A DNA stretch of 64,000 bases from Octopus sinensis (Eukaryota). Numbering within the stretch: the stretch's first letter is position 1; each line of letters opens with the position of its first letter. A program made the position numbers and the translations under genes. Where the stretch lies: contig NC_043017.1 in the NCBI RefSeq assembly GCF_006345805.1, positions 1,116,001 to 1,180,000 on the forward strand, in the 5' to 3' direction. The notes beneath the pieces were generated by a model, which was given only the letters and a program-made list of their open reading frames with translations, had not been told where the DNA came from and did no database searches. Below, in pieces: positions 38,208 through 52,280 of the stretch.

Positions 38208-38423
38208 TGTAAATATAATATGTGACAATTATTCGGTAGCCATGATCAAACATCGTGTTTCGGATGTCAGGGCAGCAACCCAAGCCTGTATCACTTCAGT
38301 TACTGAGCCATCGAAAAAAATAGTCCGATAACTGAAGATAGGCCGGCGTGTGTTTCCGCCCCGACATCCGAAAATCGGAGTGTGATCATGGCTACCGAAT
38401 AATTTTCACATATTATATTTACA
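38208..38423. repeat. About 95 bp imperfect inverted repeat with a 26-nt spacer, carrying degenerate hammerhead cores
   Basis: 38208-38302 pairs with 38329-38423 (tgtaaatataatatgtga.aattattcggtagccatgatca..ttcggatgtc.gggc..cttcagtta). Confidence 0.9.
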
Positions 38424-38858
38424 GATAAATTCCTCTGCTTACATAATATTGAGGTCGCATCCATTCTTTTACTGTGTTGCCATTTCTGTCAATACATATA
38501 TATATATAGATCAATAAATGGTAGGGTTGTGTTGACCGCACGTGGAGAAATGATAAGCAAGGAAAAATTGTAAGCAAGGATTCCTTCACTGGCTTACAAC
38601 TGTTCTTATTTTTTAAATTTTAACTCCTGGCCATTGTCCGAAAATTTTTCGTCACACATCTGTGACCTCTTCCGCGACACTTTTTGTTTCTTGTGTGTTC
38701 TTGCACTACTTACTCCATTCTGTCATCCAGCTTAATTCAATTTACCGTTGTATTATTTTTAGTATAAAAACTCCAATATTTCTCCATTTTTCCAAACGAT
38801 TTGCCTTTATCGTGTTTTTAATATTAAAGATTGGGTTACATTATTATTATTATTATTA

Positions 38859-38937
<79 letters not shown>

Positions 38938-40330
38938 CCTTACTATTAATATGATTAAAGTTTCCTTGAGGAGAAACCATTCGTGTCATAAAAGAATATA
39001 ATAATAAACGAGCTTAAAGAACGCTCGTTATTTATTCACATTTATAATAAAATATTTAAACTCGTTTGTTTTTCTCAAATTGAACTCTGGACTTTGATGA
39101 TTTGATGTTCCTATGCAATTTAGTTTGAGAATTTGTATGTATGGAATATTTTAGAATTAACTACATTTATTGCCGGATGTTCTACTGTATGTGTATAGTA
39201 CAAACTTGTTTTGGTCAAACTCGTAAATGATTTGATGAGACTGTGTTGCCATACTTTGCTTCGTTCCACCCACCTTTTTTTCCCGACGATTGCTTTGATT
39301 TGCAGTTATATTTCACAATGTAAATATTAGAAATATATTTAAAATTTAACTAGATTCATTCCTGCCCTCGTCGTTTTATACAATATTTCCTGTATATATC
39401 TTAACTGAATTACACAAGGCCTATTTGATTGGATAACCCCCGTTATCCAATTATTCATCGTTGCTGCGTAGGTAAACTGGCCATTTGTATAATCTAGAGA
39501 TATTAAAATTGATTAGATTTATTCCCGCAAATTTTGCAGTTTATCTATTTAAAAAATAACTGACTTGCCGCGAGTGTACTATAATTTTTTTGAATCGTAA
39601 GCTTTCACTTTCCCCGATGATTCGCCAACGGTTAGCCATTAAATCTGGAAATTTATATAATTGGAAATATTCTAAAAGATGCTAGGTTCACTCGTATAAT
39701 ATATATCTAACTATGTGTTCCAATAATATTTCGTAACTGACTTGCTGAGGATGTAAAGTCATACTTTCGCGATGCAGATTTCAAGACTCCCACATCATGT
39801 TATCACATTGATGATATTCTGTGAGTGATGAAATTGTCTTTTGCTTTAATGACAGGTCAATTCTGCATCATGCAGTGACATACTTCATCCTAAATTTAAG
39901 CATGTTCCATAATTTGAAATAAAGGTGGGGAAAGGTATGTTTTGGAAATCATAGACCAGGTATGATACATTTCATATTTTTCGGTCACATTTCTAAGCTT
40001 CATGATTTACAGATTTTGCTAATAGATAGATAGATAGAGAGAGAGACAGAGAGAGGGACAGAGAGAGAGAGAGAGAGAGAGAGAGATGGGTAGCAAGGGA
40101 AAGAGAGAGAGACAGATAGTCAGACACATACATATATACATACACAAATATTCCCACACACATCACACGCATGTAGACTCAAATAAATCTGATTTGCTTC
40201 TTCCACACAGATGTAGGTTACACGTATTTTCAAATTGATAGCAAGATTCCCGGTCATCATTACCAGTATTACTTTATAAACATTTATCTTTATATTTTCA
40301 TGTCTGTAACATTTATAAGCATATTATTAT

Positions 40331-40388
<58 letters not shown>

Positions 40389-40407
40389 TATGTGTGTGTG
40401 TGTGTGA

Positions 40408-40455
<48 letters not shown>

Positions 40456-40497
40456 GTATACGATATGGATATGCCTGTTTGTATGCATATACATTGG

Positions 40498-40918
40498 CTC
40501 ATGGAAAATCCTGGAGGGACTAGCACCAAATTTTGGAATTGAGAGCTGTTCCAATCCCCGTACAGGACGTCACTGTGTGGTGCCAAAGGTCCCGTCTTCC
40601 ACATCCAGGGTAAGGAGCAGATACTGTAATAGCCTGGGGTTCAGGGGCCCTCAGCTGTTCAACAAACTGCCAAGAAAACTAAGAGATCTACATGATGCGG
40701 ATGTGGACATTTTCAAAAAACATCTAGACAAGCTGCTTTCCGGGATCCCAGATGAACCCACTGCAAGGTACGAAGGTAACCTGAGGGCAGCAGCTACAAA
40801 CTCTCTCTTAGATCAGTGGCCAGCCACGGCAAACTGGACTTAGAGAGGGTAGCAACAAGGGCGGTGCCCCAGCATGGCCTCAACCGGATGGCTGAAACAA
40901 GTAAAAGAGTAAAAGAGT
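40498..40918 (+). mobile_element. CR1-group LINE 3' end
   Basis: WKILEGLAPNFG..GRHCVVP..NSLGFRGPQLFNKLPRKLRDL..FKKHLDKLLSGIPDEP..AAATNSLLDQ; tail gctgaaacaagtaaaagagtaaaagag. Confidence 0.85.
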
Positions 40919-41119
40919 ATATAAATTTTTCCACAAACATATATGTATACACTTATGTACTCATAGAAACTTTATTTACAAAATTTCCATAATCATATTC
41001 TACTACAAGCTGTATTAATATTATATCTCCTATATCTTTTATACGTTTTTATTTTTCCTCTCTATATTCCATTTTCGTTTCCTATGCATTACATTATTTC
41101 TTGTTATAAATACATTTAC

Positions 41120-41187
<68 letters not shown>

Positions 41188-41539
41188 AAGTGTGTGTGTG
41201 TATATGTGTGACTTTGTGCTTGTGTGTTTGTGTACAGGAACCGAACCATACTTGCGCGCGCATATGTCTCTGCACTTTTGCATATTTACATGTGTCATAG
41301 AATAGTTTTCTGATGACATAAATTTACTTGAATTTATTCATATTTTATAATCTTTTTCTTAACTTGATCTCGCAGAATATTTATAATCTACTGATTCCTT
41401 TATGTAAATACACGTAAATGCATATACACTTATATTTTTCTTATGTACACATCGTTATGCAGGTTCGAGAAACTTTGTGTATATCACTTCAAATAACATA
41501 CAAGCTTGTAGGTGACTGCATATATATGCATATATATGC

Positions 41540-41630
<91 letters not shown>

Positions 41631-41959
41631 TATGCATGTATGTATGTCTGTGTGTGTTTGTGTATACTTGTATACGCCTTCATTTATATGGCCGAAAATT
41701 TGAGGTTTCCTATATGAAAGTCTCTAAACAATGTCCACAACAATGTATATGTGTGTAAACGTGAGTATGTATATTTGTATAAGAATTCATGTACACACAA
41801 AGACGTGCGCGCACACACACAGATACGCACACACACACAGCCACACATGCACAAACACGCAGAAACACACAGAACCGCCGACACACATACAAACGCAAAC
41901 ATACACACATACACTCAAATATATATATGATTATTTGTACTTTATATATTCTATTCTCA

Positions 41960-42130
41960 GGATGCCGATTAAAGCACCTACACTGTTTAAGCTAGCTGAT
42001 GTCATCCACAGTTTTAATCTTCCTCAAAATTTCCGCAGCGTTCGTTGAGTGTGTAATGAGACAGAGAAACGTAAAATGGAGTTCACGAGAAACTTTTTCA
42101 TCACAATGATCGTTTCGACCCATCTTGTAT
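41960..42130 (-). mobile_element. Possible highly decayed RTE LINE fragment
   Basis: NSILRFSVSLH..TNAAEILRKIKTVDDIS weakly resembles the RTE post-RT motif; requires frameshifts. Confidence 0.25.
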
Positions 42131-43350
42131 AGGTCCCTTGCTAGGGGATACTATACAACTGCTTATGTTGCATCCTCCAGTGCAGATGAACTCATTGGGT
42201 TTCTTGTTTTAACGAAGATACCTCGCTAAATATACTCGCTTTTGCTTGGTATGTTGTTGCCAATAGGTTGTTAACTATAACGACAGAAGATGGATACAAT
42301 TTCCGGGTAATAACTGATAATAGGTCTGGCAATAGTCCCGGTGAATACATGATGGAGTAAAATCATAAAAGATAAAGATAAAACTGATAGACGATAGATT
42401 AAATAAGAAAATAAAGAAATATATTTATTCTCGTGTTGGCATAAGCACATATATACGCGTACATACAGCGCATCCCGGTGGTCTCTTGGACATACCCATG
42501 TTCATGCCGTTAAGGAAATGTCACTGAATACTGTTATAAACAAATAAGATGGTCATATTTGAAGCAAGCAGACAAAAGGTATCTTCTGCACCGCTGTGCA
42601 GCCACGTTACAGTCGGTTACAGATGACTGGAGGGGGTGTAATTAGTGGCGGTTTGAGACAGGATCACACGCATGCACACCCACACCTACACATACACACA
42701 CACATTATGATTGAATCGTCCATGCGTCAACATGTACTTCCTTGCGACAATGTAACCTTTAAGTTAATCAAGATATCCTTGGCCTGAACAATAGCCAACG
42801 ATATACACCACAATTGGATTTTTAACACTTTTGAAGTTCCGCTCGCTATGTAGCATATGTAGCACGAATCTTATCGAATGTATTCCGTAATTCTTGTTTT
42901 CTTATTCGTACACCCAGCAACCCTGGACGCCTACCGTGAATTATGAAAATAACTTTTTCCAGTTGATCGTACTTCGAGACGAAAAAAATCAGCATTTCGT
43001 TTCAATAAACCACTTGAAATTTAGCTTGAAGCTTACTATATTTCTAAACCTCGAACCGTGGATCTTAAAAATAATAATAAATCATTCTACTGTTTTTCTT
43101 ACCTTTTTTTAATTCACGAGGCTTAGATGTTATACGTATTTTTCAATAGTAAATAGTTTGCACCATTTCATTGATAATTTATTCTGTTTGTTTACACAAA
43201 GTCTTCACGCGTTTAATTTTTATAAACAGTAAGACCTATATATTTTTTTACGTTTAAAATTCAGTTATATTATTTTCATCGACAGGATAAGTAACGGTTT
43301 TTGTTTATAAATATTATTTGGCTTTTGAATTGTATTGGGTTTGATTAATA

Positions 43351-43391
<41 letters not shown>

Positions 43392-43919
43392 GTTGTTGAA
43401 ATATTATTTTTATATATTTTTATTGATAGTTATGATAGTTATTATTTATGATATCTATTTATTTACGATGATTTATTATTATTGTTATAAAGTGATTTAA
43501 CGTATTACATATAATTTAATTTTAGAATTAGTATTGTTAGACATTACACTATTTACTAATTAGGAGGTATATTTATCAGGTAGTATTATATTTAAGTAAA
43601 TTAGTTTTTATATTAATTGATATTTTGGTCAACTACATTATTGAGTGATATATTAAATTTAAAGATACTACATATATATTATTTATATATTTAGTTTATA
43701 TAATGGGTGTGTGTATATTTGAAACATTTCCTATTTTTGATTCCAGTATTTATGGATTGTAATAGTATTGTGTATATTAATTAAAATTAAGGTTTTAGTA
43801 TTAATTGCTTAATGGGTATTAGACTTTAATTGGATGTTTAGTAAATAAATATATGAATTAATAGTTTGATTTAACGTATATAGTGTAAAGTGTTGTTTTT
43901 CACTTAATGTATATTTTGT

Positions 43920-43971
<52 letters not shown>

Positions 43972-44027
43972 TATATTAAAAGATTATTTAAGTATATTAA
44001 TTAATTAATTATTATAGTATTGTAGTT

Positions 44028-44144
44028 ACCGTTAAACTGATGAGTGGCTATATTTATATTGAAGTGATTTTACTACTACTACTAATATTTTCACTATAAT
44101 CATTTCTTAAATATAGGCACGAAACACGTGTCTTTATATATACG
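44028..44144 (+). ncRNA. Type I hammerhead ribozyme, complete core with long helix II
   Basis: Helix I taaa/ttta (plus cgt/acg beyond a tatat bulge); CTGATGA 44037-44043; helix II gtg/cac, ctatattt/aaatatag, agtga/tcact; GAAAC 44121-44125; palindrome ACACGTGT; GUC 44130-44132. Confidence 0.85.
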
Positions 44145-44298
44145 TTTTGTTTATAGTTTTGTATATTACTTAATCATCGTTATATATTTTATCGTATATT
44201 TAATCTTTCTATAATATGCAATTTTCAAGATGGTGTAATTTGATTTTTCATTATTAAATTGATAAAATGTAGGTTTCTTCTAATTTATATGTATATGA

Positions 44299-44346
<48 letters not shown>

Positions 44347-44379
44347 TCTGCACACAGATATATGTATATATGTATATAT

Positions 44380-44441
<62 letters not shown>

Positions 44442-45434
44442 TGATATATATACAGGTATATATGTATATATATATATATATATATCTGTTTGTGTAGAAG
44501 AGGTAGAGAGAGAATGAAGTTAGATGAATTAAAAATAATATAGTGAAATTACAAAATCGATTTGTTGTGTTTCTTTCAGGAATATCTTTCTATCATTGAT
44601 TTATTTAACTTCAGTTTAATTTCTCTAAAAGGCAACAATTTATTTCTCTATATTCTTCATTTATATTCGTCAGCATCTTTTTAAATTTCGAAATTCAGAA
44701 TTGTGATGCATCACAGAACAAATATACGCGGACATAAATAATCGCAGAGCTTCAGATTCCAAGTAATAATATACTCCATGACATACATAGGAAGTACATA
44801 TATTATTTTTAGGAGAAATACTTTTACATACGAAAGAATGATTGTGCTTAAAGTGCGTCAGTGAGTGTGTTTGTTTGTGTGTGTGTGTGTGTGTCTGCGA
44901 ATACATGTCTCTATGTAACTATAAGTATGTAACGATATATATGTAAAGAAATATATATACATGTATATATACACTCACACAAAAACATACACACACTCTT
45001 TCTCTCAATTTCTCCCCATTTCTCACCCTCTCTTACTATTCTATTACTCTCCCCACCCCTACATAATAATACTATAAAAAGAGGCGAATCTCCTCAAAAA
45101 AATTAAAATCTAAGAATCTACTAGAGTAGATGCAAGCGCTAATATACGACTTATAAAACTATGTGACAGACTAATAAAAATCTGTAAATGTACAACCATA
45201 CAGATTTCTGAGTACCATATTGTTTTCTAATATATAATACCTGTACATTACCTCCAAACCTTCTAATATATATATGTATGTATATATATGTATATTTTGA
45301 GCGAGAGTCGGGAGGAGAGTGGGGAAGAGAGAAATCTAAATCCACTTAATCTCACTGGCGTACAAGCAAATTGCATGGGTATCTGGTGACAAAGCTTTAT
45401 TCTCCAAATCTCTCGCTTACCTCCTCACTATCTG

Positions 45435-45562
<128 letters not shown>

Positions 45563-45779
45563 ATATATGCGTATACATATATACACATGTATACATTATA
45601 CGCGTATATATATGGAGAATGTGCAAGATTTGTTTCTAGATATGCATGCCATTTGTTTGGACGCGTGCGTAAGTGAATTTTCTCTGTGTGCACATATATA
45701 TATACTTATAATTACATATATATTCATAGATACATAAATATATATGTATGTATGTATATATATTAATGTATGTATATAT

Positions 45780-45825
<46 letters not shown>

Positions 45826-46943
45826 TGTGTGTGCGTATGCGCGTTAAGAGAGAAAAAATTGTCTCCGGATATTTTATATCATTTGTGTGTGTGTGTGTGT
45901 GTGTCCGTGCGTGATCGTGCACGTGTGTCTGTGGATGAATGATTATATTGGTGTCTATTTATTTACGTAAGGTCGATATTTTGGATACTGTCAATGAAAC
46001 GAGCTCAAAATAGACTTAGTTTTATGTAAGTCATAATCTAAAGGAATAGAAAGATATCATATCTGCTGTCCCATCCCGAATCACCCCGCGCAGTCTGTGT
46101 GATGGATCTATTGGAAATATAATAAAACTTCTACTAATAGCATTCCCAGACTTTTGCTATGAATTTCAGGATAATATTATTTCATTCATTCTTGGTTTTT
46201 TTACTTTCGTTATTTAACAAAGTTAAAAACCTGTGATGTTTCATAGAGACGAGTAGGAGAAATATCAAATATCAGACATTATCTTTTATATGAAAGGAAA
46301 GAAAATCTTATTGTAGCGCATAATCGTTGTTGGTTGTGATGGATTATTTACCCAGCATCATATTATCTCCTATTTGGCAAAACTTTTTTTTATTCTAGAG
46401 GGAAAATATTGTTGGTTAGATTGACTGGAGATAACTTTTAATGCGGAACCGAAGTGCTTTTAACGAAAGAAATCATGAGAAGAAAAAGGACGTGCTGGTA
46501 GCCATGAGTGTGCCGTGGGAGTAGGATACCAGTCATCTTCGAATTAAAAAGTCTGTCAGACAGACACAAGCAAGACAGAGAAGTGATATTATACTAGTTA
46601 AACTGAGGCTGGAATTTGATCAGCGATTCGGTTAGCTCTTCTCTCAATGTGGACTTCTCAGGTTTTTGTGGAAGGTTCGAGATTAATGCCCTGGTGTTCT
46701 TAGGTCACAACTGCAATGTTTTCAGTACATCCGTTATTTAGTGATAGTATTTTGCTAAAAAGAAAAGAATGCCCTTTATTTTGACAATAGAAATTCAGTT
46801 GTCCAGTCACATGAGGTACTTACTGATTGAATTATCCTGTTCGCCCATGCCTCGTGAATGAATTTGGCGGATGAAAACTGTGTAGAGACCTGATCTATCT
46901 GCCTGTCTATGTATGTATGTATGCATGTAATTATATATGTATG

Positions 46944-46997
<54 letters not shown>

Positions 46998-47004
46998 GGC
47001 AGAG

Positions 47005-47510
47005 TGCAATGATTAAATTGTTCTTTGTGCAACGTGTGGTCATGGAAAAATGGTTCGCTTGTATGCTGTGACAGCAAGTTTCAAGATGCCGTGTCATTTG
47101 ATGGTCTTTCAGTTTGTGTGGTACCAACTTGTTCAGCTTCTTTACCTTGCCGATTTATTTTAGATGGTCCAATATAATTGGAATCGAAACATCAAACCTT
47201 GCAGCTAACTCACGCATTGTTTGAGACGTATATGTTTCCACTACAGATTCCAGCTCATCATTATCCACCTTGGTTTCAGCTCTACCATAGGTCTGATTTT
47301 CAAGTATAAAGTCACCAGACAACTTCACAAACCATCGGCGTACAGTGCGCTCATTCGCCACATTTCCACCAAACACCACATTGATGTTTCGAGCTGTCTG
47401 GGATGCATTCTTTGCACGGTGGAACTCATAATCATAAACAGGAAGATTTATCCATGGTTTCACAAAAATTGATTTACGAGAGAAAGTTCACAATATAATC
47501 AGACACTCAC
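47005..47510 (-). mobile_element. Tc1/mariner transposase pseudogene, N-terminal HTH half
   Basis: YEFHRAKNASQTARNINVVFG..NERTVRRWF..GRAETKVDNDELESVVE..TMRELAARFDVS..VPHKLKDHQMTRHLETC. Confidence 0.92.
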
Positions 47511-47654
47511 CATGAATTGCATTTTGAAATGAGATGATGTAACTCTTTAATGCTGTAAAACAAAGAACTGTCAGGGTAAAACATTAAAGTTAACGACAAC
47601 CAAACTTAGTGAATAACAAAATCGGGAAAATCGGACTTTTCGTTTTTAAACACC

Positions 47655-47703
<49 letters not shown>

Positions 47704-48559
47704 GATTAGAGGAGATGGAACGCTTTTCAAAACGATAGGCATTAAAGGAAGGAAAAGAAAAGAATAAATGCACGTGCTTGTTTAAAGCAGATTGGTTTCA
47801 AGTAATTCATTAATTTAAGTTTCATAAGAGTAAGCTTTACCTTTAGCAGAAATCGTGCATATTTTAAAGTAATTCGCTGACGTAATCATCGTGATACAGC
47901 TTGTAAGAAAGAGGACCATTTGTACTCTAGATAAGGTCTCTCCAATGCAATTGAGCACATATTCAATTAATCCAATTCCATTTACAAGATTTCGCTCTGT
48001 CAAGACTATGGTTAATAACAAAATATAAAGCCCGAGCCAAACGAACTCGTAATTTCTAAATTCCTTTTCCATCCATCATATCGTATCCTTTTCTAGTATT
48101 GACGGATATTTGGTATTTTGAATGGTGAATTCCGACGAGAAATCATAAGAGAAATTTTGTACCCCAAGTGTTTGAACTTATTACTTATATCGTGGCTAAA
48201 CTTCAAACGTGCAGTCAATATCTAGGAATGATCAAATTTATATTTTATTTTGAATATTACATTTTGTGTGTCGTGTTTATATGTGTTGCGTTGTGTTACA
48301 ATCAGCCACTTCAACTTGAGTTTTTTGTCATGTTTCAAACAATGTGTTGTCATAGATAATTAGAACACGCCAAATGTCGAGCGACCAGATAGGAGCTTCC
48401 GTTTTATGGTTAACCTTCCCCTCGTTAAATTTATAGTCATTAAGGGGTAATGTTTGTTTGTATGTATGTGTAACTTTATATTATTTTTTTTATTTAAATG
48501 ACTGAAAGTAATTATTTGTTCATGTCATCTACTAAATTATTTTAAAGCATAATTGTAAA

Positions 48560-48720
<161 letters not shown>

Positions 48721-49014
48721 AGCTATATTTCGTTTATAGCTGCTATAGCATCTATTGTTTTTACTGGAGATCTTGTAATCAATTAGTTTAGTGTCGCCTA
48801 CTCTCTGAGAACCGTGACAACACATTTCACTAATGGATGGCACAGTTGAAAATTAAAACAAAAACAGTTTTATTAATAATATATGAGGCTGACCATTGTT
48901 AGAAATTTCAGAATTAGATGCTGCCTTTTATTTTCTGTTTTATATGTTGTTGTTGTTGCCTTACTCCTAAGTTTTTTTTTTACATTTTAGTTTCCATTGA
49001 CTTGTAAATTACGT

Positions 49015-49029
49015 ATTTATTATTATTAC

Positions 49030-49090
<61 letters not shown>

Positions 49091-49110
49091 TAATATTATT
49101 ATCATTATTA

Positions 49111-49142
<32 letters not shown>

Positions 49143-49180
49143 TAATATTATTATCATTATTATTATTATTATTATTATTA

Positions 49181-49215
<35 letters not shown>

Positions 49216-49253
49216 TAATATTATTATCATTATTATTATTATTATTATTATTA

Positions 49254-49284
<31 letters not shown>

Positions 49285-49362
49285 CATTATTATTATTATT
49301 ATTACTATTATTATTATTATTATTTAATATTATTATCATTATTATTATTATTATTATTATTA

Positions 49363-49426
<64 letters not shown>

Positions 49427-49430
49427 ATTT
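49015..49430. repeat. (ATT)n microsatellite with higher-order periodicity
   Basis: The interruption tttaatattattatc recurs at about 49090, 49141, 49214 and 49323. Confidence 0.92.
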
Positions 49431-50324
49431 ATTTTGTCGTTGTTGTACTACTTATGTGAGAGCGCGTGGTAATTTTTCTTTTCAAGTATTATTTTCTATC
49501 GACAAGTAATTTCTTTACCATCATCATAATTATCATCATCGTCATCCTCATCTTCATTATTATTGCACTACATGTAAATCCACGTTGGCATATATATTAT
49601 ATCGCCCTTTGTTCTGTGTACGATAAAATAATTTCTAGCCTCGTGCAAAATGTTGGAATTACTACTTTCATTAATAACCCTCTTATTATTAACAACATTT
49701 GTTGCCCTCACGTGCCTGTATGAGCGATTGTGTGAATATATTTTTTTACTGACGTTTTTTAATAGAATACATAAAAATAATTTTAAAATACAATAATAAA
49801 AACGATAAAAAAATATCCAATGAATTATAACATGTAAGTAATAAACATTAGGAAACTGAATCAAAATATAAAAAAAATAAAAAAGGAAAGAAATAGACGT
49901 TACTGAATTAATTATGTCAAATATAATTTACGATGAAGCTGTTAAAAATAAATTAACATATAAATAAGATAGAAAAAATAAATAATAATAAATAAAAGCA
50001 ATTTTATTATTTCGGTTTTGAGAAACATTTACGAGGCTGTTTATTTGTCAATATGTCATCGTTATAATGATTTCTTCATCCCAATTTGACACTTTTTTTG
50101 GTGGAGCGAGACACGGGCGGAAATGATTTGAATGTAATCTCCACACAACACACAAATACTCACACACATACACACGTAAATTCACGTGCATAAAAGGTGG
50201 GAAGCTGCATGTCCCTTCCAGCATGCAAGTGCTGCTTCGAACCATTGTAAGGCCCTGGAAATATCACCTGGCGCGTGTGAAGACATGTATTATGATACAA
50301 AATATGTTAAAAGCTAAACCATAA

Positions 50325-50700
50325 ATTGCGACCATGCTGGGGTACCGCCTTGAAGTTTTCGTTTAATGAATCGACCCTAGGATTATTTTTTTAAGCCTAG
50401 TATTTATTCTATCGGTTTGATTTGTCGAACACCCAATGTACGGAGACGTAAACACACCAACATCAGTTGTCAAGCGGTGATGGGAGAAGGGCAGACACAA
50501 ACACAAAAACTCTCTCACACACACACACGCTTATGTGTATATATATATATATATATACGACGGGATTTATTTAGTTTCCACCTAGCAAATCTACTCACAG
50601 GGCTTTGGTCGCCCCGAAGCTATCGTAAGAGATACTCACTCAAGGTACCATGCAGTGGGACTGAACCTGGAACGGTGTGGTTGAGAAGTAAACTCCATAC
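50325..50700 (-). mobile_element. SINE family B (diverged)
   Basis: gaccatgctggggtaccgcc...gcagtgggactgaacctggaac. Confidence 0.85.
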
Positions 50701-51233
50701 CGTATAGCCAAATTCCTTTATAAAATAATTTGAATTTCAACCTGGAGCGTAAACTATGAATTCGTAAATGTGATAAAGCCAAATATCGCCTAATAGTATT
50801 TTTCCTTTTTCGTCTCTCCAAAGATTATCTTTTACAAAGTGTTCGAATCGTGACCATTCCGCTTTTGTTTCCAGTTTTTGTATAATTACAGTTTAGTATC
50901 ATTGCTCTCTCCCATGTCAGACATGGACATGTAGGTAGGGTTAGGGTTAGCTAATAAGTTTCCTGCTCTGTAACGTGGTTTTGTTCATTACGTAACCACT
51001 GGGCCATTGCGCCTCCACACTCATCTCGTACATAAATAAGAAAGAATTTCATGAACGAAAATTGAAACCTTGGCGGGTGTTTACGAAGAAAGTAAACAAA
51101 GAATCTCAATTAACTGGCTTGTTTAGAACTTCACTTTTCTCTCACTGAACATCATATAAGGCCAATAATGTTATCTAACAAATATTTTATTTAATACGAC
51201 GCTGTTTATTTTTGTTAAAATTCTACTTCTTAA

Positions 51234-51294
<61 letters not shown>

Positions 51295-51295
51295 C

Positions 51296-51328
<33 letters not shown>

Positions 51329-51706
51329 GCTGAAGTAATGTCATTCAAAGAATATATTTCAATATATTGAATATGATTTCCAGCTTATACGATGGATGAT
51401 ATTTAGAGACGTAATGAGGTAAATAATGCTAGGAAAATCTCTTGACATTCACATATATGATTCAGTTATTCAGGTTTATCATTAGTAATAATAATAATAG
51501 TATTATTATTAATATCATTCTTATTTATTTCGTCTAATCAAGTTTTCTTTACTATAGAGAAGAGAAATATCTATAAATCAATTGTATACAAATGTAGACA
51601 ATCACACTGGAGATTCCTTTTCTTATTCCGAAATAAGCTATCGACATTTTCCGCATGTTATTTGGCAGTTACGCCACCAGAAAATATTCATCTCTGAAAT
51701 TCTTGC

Positions 51707-51883
51707 AATTCTATATTTAAGAGATGAGGAATAATGCACATTATTTACATTATTTACATTTGATATATATTTGTCCTCATCTTGTTTGTTGTTAATGTTT
51801 CGGCTGATATATCCTCCAGCCTTCTTCAGGTGTCTTGGGGAAATTTCGAACCTGGGTTCTCATTCCCAAGGCATTTTCCGATG

Positions 51884-51937
<54 letters not shown>

Positions 51938-52016
51938 CTCAGGTCACTACTTGGAATCGAACTCGGAATCTTGGGGTTAGTGGCCCGCGCTCTTTACCAC
52001 GACGGCATATGCCCGT
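51707..52016 (-). mobile_element. SINE family D, full length (tRNA head + (AAT)n + hammerhead + tail)
   Basis: Perfect B-box gagttcgattcc (51953-51964, minus); HHR core at 51796-51829; tail to ttctatatttaagagatgagg. Confidence 0.88.
51790..51836 (-). ncRNA. Hammerhead motif in SINE D (cleavage-site segment deleted)
   Basis: gacac-CTGAAGA-a-ggctg(gaggatatat)cagcc-GAAAC-attaac; helix II perfect, gttgt segment missing. Confidence 0.55.
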
Positions 52017-52034
52017 GGGCAATTATGGAGTGAT

Positions 52035-52240
52035 TTTTGAAGGCTTCCAAAGTGCAAGTCCGAGCAAGGTCGTTTATGGAAAGCTAACAGTCGTCCTTGC
52101 ATACCAGCCACCCAATTCCATGCCACCGATGTTATCCAAGGGAAAGGCGAACGCCGATACAGCTTGGGACTAGTAACTTCGCCGCTCATTCCTATACCTA
52201 CAACTGAGTGAACCAACGTGAAATGAAGTGTTTGGCTCAT
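52035..52240 (-). mobile_element. Family E repeat fragment
   Basis: ccaagggaaaggcgaacgccgatacagcttgg is the reverse-complement homolog of about 29800-29930. Confidence 0.78.
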
Positions 52241-52241
52241 G

Positions 52242-52280
<39 letters not shown>

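Noticed and set aside
47815-48072. 85-aa minus-strand ORF with a hydrophobic N-terminus and an internal AAG|GTAAAG donor
   Set aside because: No recognisable family; hydrophobic ORFs of this length arise by chance in AT-rich DNA. It would need RNA-seq or BLAST support.
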